In this document: positions 46,800-56,473 of the stretch, one piece after another
Position numbering within the stretch: the first letter of the stretch is position 1
Layout of the letters: each line of letters starts with the position of its first letter
Assembly (NCBI GenBank): GCA_963782525.1
Contig: CAWAKC010000006.1
Coordinates: 64,001 to 128,000, forward strand
Direction of reading: 5' to 3'
DNA length: 64,000 nt
Origin: Candidatus Bathyarchaeota archaeon
Lineage (GTDB): Archaea; Thermoproteota; Bathyarchaeia; Bathyarchaeales; Bathycorpusculaceae
The notes under the pieces: model-generated
Databases searched by the model: none
Seen by the model: only the letters and a program-made list of their open reading frames with translations
What the model was told of the DNA's origin: nothing
Translations under genes and position numbers: made by a program

Positions 46800-48071
46800 A
46801 TGACAAAAACATCTGTAATTTCAGGCTTCTATAAGATTCCGCCCAAAGAGCGGCTAGCAATCATCAAAGACTTCGCAGGTTTAACCGACGAAGAAGTTCG
46901 TTTACTGGAGAACACTGGTTCTTTGCCGATGGATGTCGCGGATCACATGGTTGAAAACGTAATCGGTGTCTTTCCTGAACCCATGGGCATCGGCGTTAAC
47001 TTCCAAATAAACGGCAAAGACTACCTCATCCCCATGGCGACTGAAGAGCCAAGCGTAATTGCTGCAGCCAGCTACGCCGCCAAAATGGTTCGAGACGGCG
47101 GCGGATTCCACACTATCAGCACCGCACCGGTCATGATAGGGCAAATCCAAGTGGTCAAACTAAAGGACGCCAACGCAGCCAAAATACAGGTTTTAGATGC
47201 CAAATCTGAATTGCTCAAGAAAGCAAACGATCAAGACCCCGTCCTCAACTCCTTCGGTGGAGGCGCCAAAGACCTCGACGCCCGAGTCATCGAAACAACC
47301 ATGGGACAAATGCTCATTGTTCATCTGTTCGTTGATTGCCGAGACGCAATGGGTGCAAACGCCGTTAACACCATGGCAGAAGCCATATCCCCTGTGATTG
47401 AGCAACTCACCGGCGGACATGTTTACCTCAGAATTATCAGCAACCTCGCTGTGAAACGTCTCGCAAAAGCTACCTGCACGGTTCCCAAAGAAGCAGTAGG
47501 CGGCGAAGCAGTCGTCGACGGCATCGCATATGCCTCCGCGTTTGCAGCAGCCGACCCATACCGCGCAGCAACCCACAACAAAGGCGCCATGAATGGTATA
47601 ATCGCCGTCGTCTTAGCAACAGGCAACGACCACCGCGCCATCGAAGCGGGCGGACACGCTTACGCAGCGTTCAACGGACCATACACTAGCTTCTCAAAAT
47701 GGGTTAAGAACAAAAACGGTGACTTAGAAGGCACAATCGAATTGCCCATGGCTGTCGGCTTAATAGGGGGCGCAGTAAAAACCCATCCCATCGCAAGAAT
47801 TGCTATGAAAATCCTCAATGTCAAATCAGCCAACGAATTCGGAGAAGTTCTAGCGGCTGTAGGTTTAGCCCAAAACTTAGCTGCCCTCCGCGCACTCTCA
47901 AGCGAAGGAATCCAACGTGGCCACATGTCCCTGCACGCCAGAAACATCGCCGTCACCGCAGGCGCCAAAGACAATCAAATCGACATAGTTGCAGAACGCA
48001 TGGTTAAGGAACGCAAAGTCCGCGTGGACCGAGCCAAAGAAATCCTCGAAGAACTAACAAAAAAACAATAA
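46800..48071 (+). CDS. mvaA: Class II HMG-CoA reductase
   Basis: ENVIG, EEPSV, DAMGAN, THNKG, GIQRGHM. Confidence 0.95.
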   Translation: MTKTSVISGFYKIPPKERLAIIKDFAGLTDEEVRLLENTGSLPMDVADHMVENVIGVFPEPMGIGVNFQINGKDYLIPMATEEPSVIAAASYAAKMVRDGGGFHTISTAPVMIGQIQVVKLKDANAAKIQVLDAKSELLKKANDQDPVLNSFGGGAKDLDARVIETTMGQMLIVHLFVDCRDAMGANAVNTMAEAISPVIEQLTGGHVYLRIISNLAVKRLAKATCTVPKEAVGGEAVVDGIAYASAFAAADPYRAATHNKGAMNGIIAVVLATGNDHRAIEAGGHAYAAFNGPYTSFSKWVKNKNGDLEGTIELPMAVGLIGGAVKTHPIARIAMKILNVKSANEFGEVLAAVGLAQNLAALRALSSEGIQRGHMSLHARNIAVTAGAKDNQIDIVAERMVKERKVRVDRAKEILEELTKKQ

Positions 48072-48194
48072 TTCCCCGATTTTTTTCGTTCTTTGTTTTA
48101 AGAACTATTTTTTAACAGGATATGACTACTTAAAAGGCTAATGCGCCGCTGCCGCTTATGACAGGGTCGGATTTGAGGTAAAAAAGGGTTGGGT

Positions 48195-48890
48195 TTATTC
48201 TAGTATTATTCTTGCGTCGACTGTTTTTGCGCCTTTTGGGTATGCCATGACGGGGTTGAGGTCGAGTTCTTTGATTTCTGGGTTTTCCATGACGAGGCGT
48301 GAAACGCTGCAAAGTATAGCCACAAGGGCGTCTATGTCTGCTGGCGGCGTATTTCGGTAACCATTCAGGAGCGGATAAGCCTTAAGCTGAGTAATCATTT
48401 CTTTTGCGTCTTCAGCCGTTATGGGTGCAACCCGGAAGTTGACGTCTTTTAGGAGCTCAACGAATATGCCGCCTAAGCCGAACATGACGGTTTGACCAAA
48501 CTGCGGGTCCTTGATTGCTCCCACGATGACTTCGGTGGACTGCGGCGCCATCTCCTGCACCAAGACTCCAACGATTTTGGCGTCTGCCTTGTATTTCTTT
48601 GCGTTTTCAATTATTTTTTTGTAGCCGCTCGCAACTTCAGCTGTTTTTTTCAGGTTTACCAGAACTCCTCCCGCCTCGGATTTGTGGATTATGTCGGGGG
48701 ACACAATTTTCAGGACTATGGGGTAGCCGATTTCGTCGGCATAGGTTGAGGCTTCTTTTTCTGTTTTTGCGAGTTGGAATTTGTTAACTGGGATGCCGTA
48801 TTCTGAGCAGATAGTTTTGGCTTCTGGTTCGAGGAGTACTTTTCTGTTTTCATTTTTGGCTTGGTGGATGATTTTTGCGGTTTGGTTCAA
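48195..48890 (-). CDS. acdB: ADP-forming acetyl-CoA synthetase beta subunit (ATP-grasp)
   Basis: LKIVSPDIIHKSEAGGV, DPQFG, FGLGGIFVE, ELDLNP. Confidence 0.92.
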   Translation of the reverse strand: MNQTAKIIHQAKNENRKVLLEPEAKTICSEYGIPVNKFQLAKTEKEASTYADEIGYPIVLKIVSPDIIHKSEAGGVLVNLKKTAEVASGYKKIIENAKKYKADAKIVGVLVQEMAPQSTEVIVGAIKDPQFGQTVMFGLGGIFVELLKDVNFRVAPITAEDAKEMITQLKAYPLLNGYRNTPPADIDALVAILCSVSRLVMENPEIKELDLNPVMAYPKGAKTVDARIILE

Positions 48891-49027
48891 GAGTTATTCT
48901 TCCAGTGCATGTTTGAGTATGTGATGTTTTGTGGGTTTAAAAATGGTTTGTTTGTGCTTTGAGTTTTGTTTAGTATGTCTGTAGTACATATTATCAGTAT
49001 AGTATAATGAGACATAATATTTAATAG

Positions 49028-50815
49028 TTGTTGAAGCCAAAATACGAACAACGACCCACTATGCGCAAACTCAATTTCAACCAAAAAATCAAAGAAAAAA
49101 TCGCAGCTACCAAAGCCAAACTCCACCAATCAAATATCGCCTTCAAAACTCGTCTACAAAAAATGAACCAAACCATCAAAGGCCAAAACGCAAACACAAA
49201 AGCAAAAATAAAAAACATCCATCTCCCAAAAATAAAATTAAAAATAAACCTAAACTTCTCAAAAAAACAATCCGAACCCGAACCAACCCCAATACCTAAA
49301 ACCCTGCAAAAGGGCATAAAAATCGTCGACAAATATCCACTCTACGAACCCTTCGCCCAAGTGGTGATAGTTCAAGACCCCAAAACAGGCGAAAACAAAT
49401 ACTTCCTCGACGAGCTCCAGCTTGACCCCATGGAACGGGCAATTTATCAACGAATTTTAGAAATCCTATTAGCAGAAATTGAGTCACCCAAAGAAGAAAT
49501 AACCGACCCAAGAAAGTTTTTCGCTGAAGAAGCCAAAAAAATTGTGGACAAATACCGTATCAGCCTCGGTTGGCTTCCAGACGTCTCCTGGTACAAAATC
49601 CTCTACCATGCAGAGAGGGATTTGGTTGGGTTTGGCAAAATTGATCCGTTAATGCGTGACCCTAACATTGAAGACATTTCCTGCGACGGAGTCCAAAAAC
49701 CAGTGTATATTTGGCACCGCAACTTTGAAAGTATAGAAACCAACCTGCAATTTGAAAGTGACGAGGACCTCGACAACTTAGTTGTTAAACTTGTTCACAT
49801 GGCTGGGAAACACGTTAGCAGTGCCTTCCCCATTGTGGATGCTTCTTTGCCGGGTAAACACCGTCTTGCCGTTGCGTATAGACGGGAAATCACACCTTTC
49901 GGGACAGCTTTTACCATCAGAAAGTTCCGTGAAGACCCCTACTCAATTATTGACTTAATCAACATCGGCACTTTCACCGAGGAAATGGCGGCTTACCTTT
50001 GGATTTGCCTCGAAAACCGTGCGTCAATCATGGTTCTCGGCGGGACAGCTGCAGGTAAAACTACAGCTTTGAACGCTTTAGGTTGCCTCATTAAGCCCGG
50101 CAGCAAAATCATGACCATCGAAGAAACTGCCGAACTTAACTTGTCTCATGAAAACTGGGTTTCACTCATTGCTCGTCAAAGTTACGGTTTAGGCGGCAGT
50201 AGTGTGGGTGAAGTTGCGCTTTTCGACTTAGTGAAAACTTGTATGCGGCACCGTCCCGACTTGATGATTGTAGGCGAAGTTCGAGGTCAAGAAGCATATG
50301 TTCTGTTCCAGGCTTTGGCAACAGGCCACGGTGGCATGTGTACCATGCACGCTGAAAATGTTCAATCAGCTGTTAGACGTTTAACCCAAAAACCCATGGA
50401 TATTTCGCCAGCATACATTCCACTCATGAACATCGTCATGTCTGTTCAACGTGTTCACTTGGTAAAGAACGGTGAGAAGAAAGCATATCGCCGCATCCTC
50501 TCCGTCAACGAAATTGTCGATTCTGAAAAATTCATCGAATCCTTCAAATGGGACCCCATAAAAGACCAGCAAATCACCGATATACAATCAAGCTTTTTGT
50601 TAACCAACTTTTCAGAGCGCCTCGGCATAACACGGGAACAACTCATCGAAGAAATGCAACGACGAACTAACGTATTGAAGTGGATGCGGAAGGAAAAAAT
50701 ACGAAGCTACAAAGAAGTTGCTTCAATAATTGCGGAGTACTACGCTAGACCAAAAGAGTTCTACCATAAAATACTGGAAAATGAGGAGGCTAAACCAGTT
50801 GCCGCTTATAGATAA
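49028..50815 (+). CDS. Type IV pilus/archaellum-family assembly ATPase (VirB11/TadA/FlaI-like)
   Basis: IEDISCDG, TIRKF, GGTAAGKTT, IEETAEL, VGEVRG, TMHA; Lys/Asn-rich N-terminal extension; start uncertain. Confidence 0.95.
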   Translation: MLKPKYEQRPTMRKLNFNQKIKEKIAATKAKLHQSNIAFKTRLQKMNQTIKGQNANTKAKIKNIHLPKIKLKINLNFSKKQSEPEPTPIPKTLQKGIKIVDKYPLYEPFAQVVIVQDPKTGENKYFLDELQLDPMERAIYQRILEILLAEIESPKEEITDPRKFFAEEAKKIVDKYRISLGWLPDVSWYKILYHAERDLVGFGKIDPLMRDPNIEDISCDGVQKPVYIWHRNFESIETNLQFESDEDLDNLVVKLVHMAGKHVSSAFPIVDASLPGKHRLAVAYRREITPFGTAFTIRKFREDPYSIIDLINIGTFTEEMAAYLWICLENRASIMVLGGTAAGKTTALNALGCLIKPGSKIMTIEETAELNLSHENWVSLIARQSYGLGGSSVGEVALFDLVKTCMRHRPDLMIVGEVRGQEAYVLFQALATGHGGMCTMHAENVQSAVRRLTQKPMDISPAYIPLMNIVMSVQRVHLVKNGEKKAYRRILSVNEIVDSEKFIESFKWDPIKDQQITDIQSSFLLTNFSERLGITREQLIEEMQRRTNVLKWMRKEKIRSYKEVASIIAEYYARPKEFYHKILENEEAKPVAAYR

Positions 50816-52520
50816 GTTTGAAGCTTTATCGTTTCGCCTCTTCGGGCGCTACGCCCCATACGTTTTGAAGAATGTTTTTCCCCAAATTAAGACTAACTTG
50901 GAAAAGGGTCGAGTGAGAATCTACCCTGAAACCTACATTTCCCTAATGTTCTTCGTCGCAATGTTAACGTTGCCAATTTCCGTTGTAGCCGCCGGGATAG
51001 CTTTGACCTTTGGGTTTTTGCCCATTCTTGCTTTGGCTTTTCTGCCCTTGTTTGTTGTTGTGGGGTTTCTGATTGTTCCCATGAACAACGCCAGCGAAAG
51101 ATCCTCAGGGTTAGAACGTGAAATGCCTTTCGCTGCTGCATACATCAGCGTCATGTCGTCAGGAGGCATCGCACCCTACACCAGCTTTAAACGGTTAACT
51201 CAAGTGGACCTCATGCCCGCAATGAGTAAAGAAGCCAGAGATATCATAAAAGACGTTGAAATCTTCGGCGTTGACCCGCTCTCTGCTCTTGATCTGGCTG
51301 CAAAAAAGACTTCACTGGACATCTTCAAAGATTTCCTAAGCGGCTATGCTTCAACCGTCATTATCGGCGGTGACATCGGGCACTATCTTGAACGTAAAGC
51401 AGAAGACATCTTCAAAACCCGCGCATTACGCGTCAAAGCAGCTGCTGAACGTTTAGGCATGCTGCTTGAAACCTTCATAATCGTCATGGTTATGATGTCA
51501 CTGTGCTTCTACATCCTGTTCGCAGTTAACGGCATCCAAAATGGGTCAAACGCAAGCACCGACATCTCCCAGTACTCAGGCATACTAATGTATACCTACA
51601 TTTTTACGCCCATGCTCTCAATAATGTTCATCTATTTAGCCCATAGCATGCAGCCCAAAACACCCGTGCTAGATATGCGCCCCTACAAGGTCTTTGCTAT
51701 ATCCTGCGTACTGGCAATAATCGTTTTCCTATTGCTAACAAACTTCATAGGTACAATGCAACTTCCAATATTTACCCAGTTGCAATCAATAGGTGTCGAC
51801 TTACCTGTAGCCTTGGCCGTCGCGTTGTTCATATCTGCGGCTCCGGCAGCCATCGTGCATATTCGATTAACAAAAATTAAAACCAGCATGGAAGCTGGAG
51901 TTTCCAATTTTCTGCGAGACCTCACGGAAGTTCGAAAAACAGGGTTATCACCCGAAAAATGCATCGAAAGCTTATCCAAACGAGACTACGGCGGGTTTAC
52001 CAAGGAACTTAGAAAAATTAGCTCTGAAATTTCCTGGGGAATTCCTGCAAAAAAAGTCATGATGGATTTTCTGCATCGTACACGCAGTTGGATGGTGCAA
52101 ATAGTCATGTTCCTACTCGTCGAAACCATCGACGTCGGCGGAGGAACCATCGCCATGATTGAGTCGTTGGCACGCTTCAACAATTTAACTCAAGAAGTTG
52201 AAAAAGAAAAGAAAATGTCAGTTCGACCCTACGTGATGATGCCGTACCTGGCTTCGATTCTGCTGGTGGCAACCACCATTATGATGATGGGGTTAACCAC
52301 TGGAGTCGCCGTGCCGGGATCAACTGCACCACCTACCGACAACACCCTCATGCAAGTGATATTCATTTCATCCGTAATCTTCAACAGCTACCTCATCGGC
52401 ATCGTCGCAGGCAAAATCAGCGAAGAATCCGTTGGAGCAGGCTTCAAGCACGCCGCAATCCTCGTGTTAATCTCTATAGTAGCTGCCAAAATAATTCCGT
52501 CATTCGTGAAACTTGGATAG
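50799..52520 (+). CDS. TadC/FlaJ-like membrane platform protein (two T2SSF domains)
   Basis: EREMPF, FLRDLTE...TGLS, DYG..TKEL; TTG 50799 follows SD GAGGAGG. Confidence 0.92.
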   Translation: MPLIDKFEALSFRLFGRYAPYVLKNVFPQIKTNLEKGRVRIYPETYISLMFFVAMLTLPISVVAAGIALTFGFLPILALAFLPLFVVVGFLIVPMNNASERSSGLEREMPFAAAYISVMSSGGIAPYTSFKRLTQVDLMPAMSKEARDIIKDVEIFGVDPLSALDLAAKKTSLDIFKDFLSGYASTVIIGGDIGHYLERKAEDIFKTRALRVKAAAERLGMLLETFIIVMVMMSLCFYILFAVNGIQNGSNASTDISQYSGILMYTYIFTPMLSIMFIYLAHSMQPKTPVLDMRPYKVFAISCVLAIIVFLLLTNFIGTMQLPIFTQLQSIGVDLPVALAVALFISAAPAAIVHIRLTKIKTSMEAGVSNFLRDLTEVRKTGLSPEKCIESLSKRDYGGFTKELRKISSEISWGIPAKKVMMDFLHRTRSWMVQIVMFLLVETIDVGGGTIAMIESLARFNNLTQEVEKEKKMSVRPYVMMPYLASILLVATTIMMMGLTTGVAVPGSTAPPTDNTLMQVIFISSVIFNSYLIGIVAGKISEESVGAGFKHAAILVLISIVAAKIIPSFVKLG

Positions 52521-52531
52521 GAGACCAAAAC

Positions 52532-53395
52532 TTGCAAAATCATCATCGCACAAATCTACCTAAAGATCAAAGGGCAACTAGCCCCGCTATTTCCACAGTC
52601 ATTTTGACTGGCACCGTCGTTGTCATGATTTTGGTTGCGATGACTTTCGCAAACAATACCTTAGGGTTAAAGATGGCCAAGAACGAGTATGACACAAATC
52701 AACAATTCATGCAGACTACGGGACAACAGATTGATGATGTTGCTTGGACTGTTGGTCGTACCCAAACAATTGCGTATTCAGGCAATTATGGCAACGTAAA
52801 GTTCCAGGAAGTTGCGTTAGATTACACTTTTCAGGTTTTCACAGCTTCAGGGGGGTTGAAAACTTTAACTTTGCCCGGAGAAACAGGAGTAATTCTCTAC
52901 AATATGCCTGTGGGTTCTTACTCTTTAGGCAACAACTATTTTGCTCGGGTTCCTTTGGGTACCGATGATTCATTTTTGCAATATGATTCCTCAGCGCCGA
53001 TAAGTCAAGTGATTTGCGAGCAAAAAGTTCCTATGAGTGACGGCAGCTACAATCGAATAACACTTGTTCCCACAATGAGAGTGCTTACTTCAAACGTAGG
53101 GACAACAAGCAACTTCAAATTTTATCTGCCTGACCTCGAAAACGGAACAAACCTCTACAGATCCCAATCTATTACATTAACGGGCGCAGGCATCTCTAAA
53201 GTTACAATGTCTGACGTTTCTCAAGTTATCATTACGGTCAGTTTCCCTCAGGCAGCTCTTGGATTTGACAGATCTTTCTTCAATTTTAACAGTACTACAA
53301 TAACTCTAGACGGTTCTTCGACTCCAAAATTGGCTCCACATTCAACGGTTGAATTCTACGTTGGCAAAGTAATTGTGGCTTTGGGACAGGTGTAA
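52532..53395 (+). CDS. Pilin-like protein with class III signal peptide
   Basis: KDQRA|TSPAISTVILTGTVVVMILVA. Confidence 0.8.
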   Translation: MQNHHRTNLPKDQRATSPAISTVILTGTVVVMILVAMTFANNTLGLKMAKNEYDTNQQFMQTTGQQIDDVAWTVGRTQTIAYSGNYGNVKFQEVALDYTFQVFTASGGLKTLTLPGETGVILYNMPVGSYSLGNNYFARVPLGTDDSFLQYDSSAPISQVICEQKVPMSDGSYNRITLVPTMRVLTSNVGTTSNFKFYLPDLENGTNLYRSQSITLTGAGISKVTMSDVSQVIITVSFPQAALGFDRSFFNFNSTTITLDGSSTPKLAPHSTVEFYVGKVIVALGQV

Positions 53396-53412
53396 TTGCT
53401 GGAGGTTAAATT

Positions 53413-53889
53413 GTGCCCTCGATAACTCTCGAATACATGATTATGATTCCAGTCTTAATCGCTCAGATATTCATTTTTCCCTTTACCGCCTCAGTCATCA
53501 TGAACACTTGGACGGATTCACGTATGACAATTGAGCTTCAAGAAACAGCTGGGCACATTGCCAGCTCCATTCAGCAACTGTATTATACAATGAATCATGA
53601 TTCAATGTCTAACGGCACAATTTCAATCACCCTGAATACGCCGCCACTAATAGAAGGGTACGCATACAAGACTTCTCTGAGGCACGTGGAGCATCTGGAT
53701 ACTTCATACCGGATTATGAATGTATCACTACAGCTCTTAGGCACTAAAGACCAGACTTCAACGTTAGTGACTCTGGGACCAAACGTCGATTGGCAAGAAA
53801 ACTTGTCCTTCCTCAGCGGAGCACAACCAATTATCTTTGTTGCTGAAAAGACATCTGATTCTATCTCGATATCCCTCGGAGGTTCATAA
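53413..53889 (+). CDS. Minor pilin-like protein without leader
   Basis: MPSITLEYMIMIPVLI; in-frame TAA two codons upstream. Confidence 0.7.
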   Translation: MPSITLEYMIMIPVLIAQIFIFPFTASVIMNTWTDSRMTIELQETAGHIASSIQQLYYTMNHDSMSNGTISITLNTPPLIEGYAYKTSLRHVEHLDTSYRIMNVSLQLLGTKDQTSTLVTLGPNVDWQENLSFLSGAQPIIFVAEKTSDSISISLGGS

Positions 53890-53893
53890 GATC

Positions 53894-55105
53894 ATGGCGA
53901 ACGGCGCAATCGACCACATGGTTTCCTTGATAATATTCATGGCTGTCATCTCTATTTTTATAGGTCTCTTCAGCCAAAACATGCAGACAGGTATCGCTTA
54001 CGAACGCCACAATGCACTGTCAACTAAAACCAGTGACCTCATAGACAACTTACTTCTAAACCCCGGTATACCGAGTAATTGGGGACAAAGTGATGGTACC
54101 ATTGTAGGGTTTGGTCTGCAGGATCCAGCCTATGCAGAATACAAACTGAGTTCTTTTTCTTCTATGCGGTTAACTTCCACTCAATCGGTTATCTATTATC
54201 CTAGAACTAATACGTATTTCAGTGTCGTTTCCGCTGGATTTGGCGGCTACTTGCTTGCGCCAACTTCAAAATGTGTGAATTACTCGGCAGTTTCAAAGAT
54301 TCTTGGAGTAAACGGTACTTACGGATTCCAACTGTCCCTGAAACCAACAATTACGGTTACAATCAATGAAACATCGATTGCCCCACTAAAATTTTCAGTT
54401 ACGGTTGATGGAACTGGTTACCCCCTTGCAAACGCTCCCCTCTCATACAGCCTCCTTTTAGTTAACCAAAGTTTGGACATTTATCCATCATATACAATTT
54501 TTAACTACACTTCCACAACTGACGCTGCAGGTTCAGCCCAACTGAGTTTTCCACAAGTTACCAACGAAATTCAATCGTATGCGCTTATAGTTTATTCTTA
54601 TCTTTATGGACTCGAAGGAGTAGGCTACTACGTTCATGATTCACCAAACTTCACCAGTACGGTAGTTCCTGTAGTTGACAGTTTTCAGAACCACAGTATC
54701 ATGCTTGTTCATGGAAATACTATTGGTCAACAAATTCCGGGATATTCTTCTTTGAGTTTTAATGCCTCATTTTTCTTATTGGCTGAAGATTATACTCTGC
54801 GTCAAATGCTATTAGATTCGCAAATCTCCTATGGTAAGCTAATTTCTGGTGGAGGCGCAGGACAAGATTACGCTTCCTTAACTGTCCCAAACAACGACGG
54901 AGTCTTGGTTGTAACTTACAAGGATGTTTCTGGACACTATGGGGTTGCTTTGATGCCTTGGGGGTTAGGTGCATTGGCGTTTCCTCTAACCTTCGGCGGA
55001 AACCCTGTAGGGCAGGAATGGGTTACAACTGACATCCGCCAAGTATCCATCGACGGCATGGCATATCAAGCTCAATTGAGCCTTTGGAGCACAGGAGTTA
55101 TCTAA
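53894..55105 (+). CDS. Minor pilin-like protein without leader
   Basis: MANGAIDHMVSLIIF; DNLLLNPGIPSNW motif; SD GGAGGT. Confidence 0.7.
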   Translation: MANGAIDHMVSLIIFMAVISIFIGLFSQNMQTGIAYERHNALSTKTSDLIDNLLLNPGIPSNWGQSDGTIVGFGLQDPAYAEYKLSSFSSMRLTSTQSVIYYPRTNTYFSVVSAGFGGYLLAPTSKCVNYSAVSKILGVNGTYGFQLSLKPTITVTINETSIAPLKFSVTVDGTGYPLANAPLSYSLLLVNQSLDIYPSYTIFNYTSTTDAAGSAQLSFPQVTNEIQSYALIVYSYLYGLEGVGYYVHDSPNFTSTVVPVVDSFQNHSIMLVHGNTIGQQIPGYSSLSFNASFFLLAEDYTLRQMLLDSQISYGKLISGGGAGQDYASLTVPNNDGVLVVTYKDVSGHYGVALMPWGLGALAFPLTFGGNPVGQEWVTTDIRQVSIDGMAYQAQLSLWSTGVI

Positions 55106-56473
55106 ATGATTCGCACAATCGAAGTTTTATTTGTAATATTAATTCTCGCCAGTGCAGTTGCAGCTACTTCATACTTTACTGTTCTGCCATCTCCAAGAGA
55201 GGTTTCACCCTTAAATCTTCGACGCCTCTCATTCACAACACTACAGACGCTCGATTCGAACTATGCTTTAAGCCAAGCAGCCTTCGATACGGACAACGCT
55301 ACAGTTTGGGCTGGATTGCAAGTTGCACTTTCCGCTTCGCTACCGCCTAATGTGGTATACAATTTAACGGTCTATAACATTACCAACGTTAACGATCAGA
55401 ATATTCAACTTTACTGTAAAGTTGACTCTATTTCTAACTCTGCAAACTTGGGAACAATCAACGATGTTTCAACATATACTGTTGCTTCTTCAAACGTAAC
55501 CTTTAACGTTAAGCCCGAGAAAATCGGAGAGACTAACGGAGGAACAACACTCTACATTCTAAATTGTAGTGATGCTAACGGCTGGTGGGTTACAGGTTAT
55601 ACAGCCCAAAGCTTAGCCCAAGATCTATACAATCTGTTGTCGCCATATTTTAGCAGTACCGTAATGGTGCAAAACACAGCGCAGCTAAGACAGCTAATGG
55701 ATAACCAAACAATTTCTGGTTCGACCAAAGAGAGAGTGCAAAACGCAGTGGTTATCAATACATTTGGTGAAAGCGTGCCTATGCCTCAGGAGTACTACCA
55801 AACTGGTAATCGCTCAAGTCAAGGTTATAATTCAAGCGCTCCTAAAGGCAGTGGATATGATTATGGCTACGTCAAATATTGTTACACTTTAGGAAACACA
55901 GTCCGTCTGTACAATTGGACTTGGGCCAGTATCGTTGGTTACCCTTTTTATTACGTTAGCAATACAGGTGTTTTCTCTAATGACCAAAACGGTTGGGGGA
56001 TTTATGGGACGAAAATGACGAGTTCGGGCGGCTCAAGAGCTTTTCTTCAAGGCTTAGCTAATCAAACATATAACTATGACGACAGCAGCATCACTAAAAA
56101 TGTTGGAGGCGTTACACTTACAAGCCAATCAATGAGTTCATGTAACTATTATGGGATTTATCCCTCATCGTATCAAACGTCTACACGTGCACTTTCTAAT
56201 TCCATTCTACAAAGTTATAATCTGATTCTTGGACTTAACATTTTCAATCCTGTTGGAGCATATAACCCTGGCGCAGTTTACAATCACGTTGCAACAAATT
56301 CGACGATTACGGGGTCGCTTTTGGCTTTAGGGTTAACTCGTACGCCTGACGTTCGAGTTACTGGTTTGAGTCTTCTTTCGTACTATCAACCAAGGTTGTA
56401 TCCTGCCCCATATAATTCGACGGACACTTCTAGGTTGGTAATTTTGCAGTTAGGTATGGTAGGGAGTGGTTAA
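55106..56473 (+). CDS. Minor pilin-like protein without leader
   Basis: MIRTIEVLFVILIL; abuts the upstream TAA. Confidence 0.7.
   Translation: MIRTIEVLFVILILASAVAATSYFTVLPSPREVSPLNLRRLSFTTLQTLDSNYALSQAAFDTDNATVWAGLQVALSASLPPNVVYNLTVYNITNVNDQNIQLYCKVDSISNSANLGTINDVSTYTVASSNVTFNVKPEKIGETNGGTTLYILNCSDANGWWVTGYTAQSLAQDLYNLLSPYFSSTVMVQNTAQLRQLMDNQTISGSTKERVQNAVVINTFGESVPMPQEYYQTGNRSSQGYNSSAPKGSGYDYGYVKYCYTLGNTVRLYNWTWASIVGYPFYYVSNTGVFSNDQNGWGIYGTKMTSSGGSRAFLQGLANQTYNYDDSSITKNVGGVTLTSQSMSSCNYYGIYPSSYQTSTRALSNSILQSYNLILGLNIFNPVGAYNPGAVYNHVATNSTITGSLLALGLTRTPDVRVTGLSLLSYYQPRLYPAPYNSTDTSRLVILQLGMVGSG

Noticed and set aside
48115-48180. Possible C/D box sRNA between mvaA and acdB
   Set aside because: Boxes are too degenerate (no RUGAUGA/CUGA pair).
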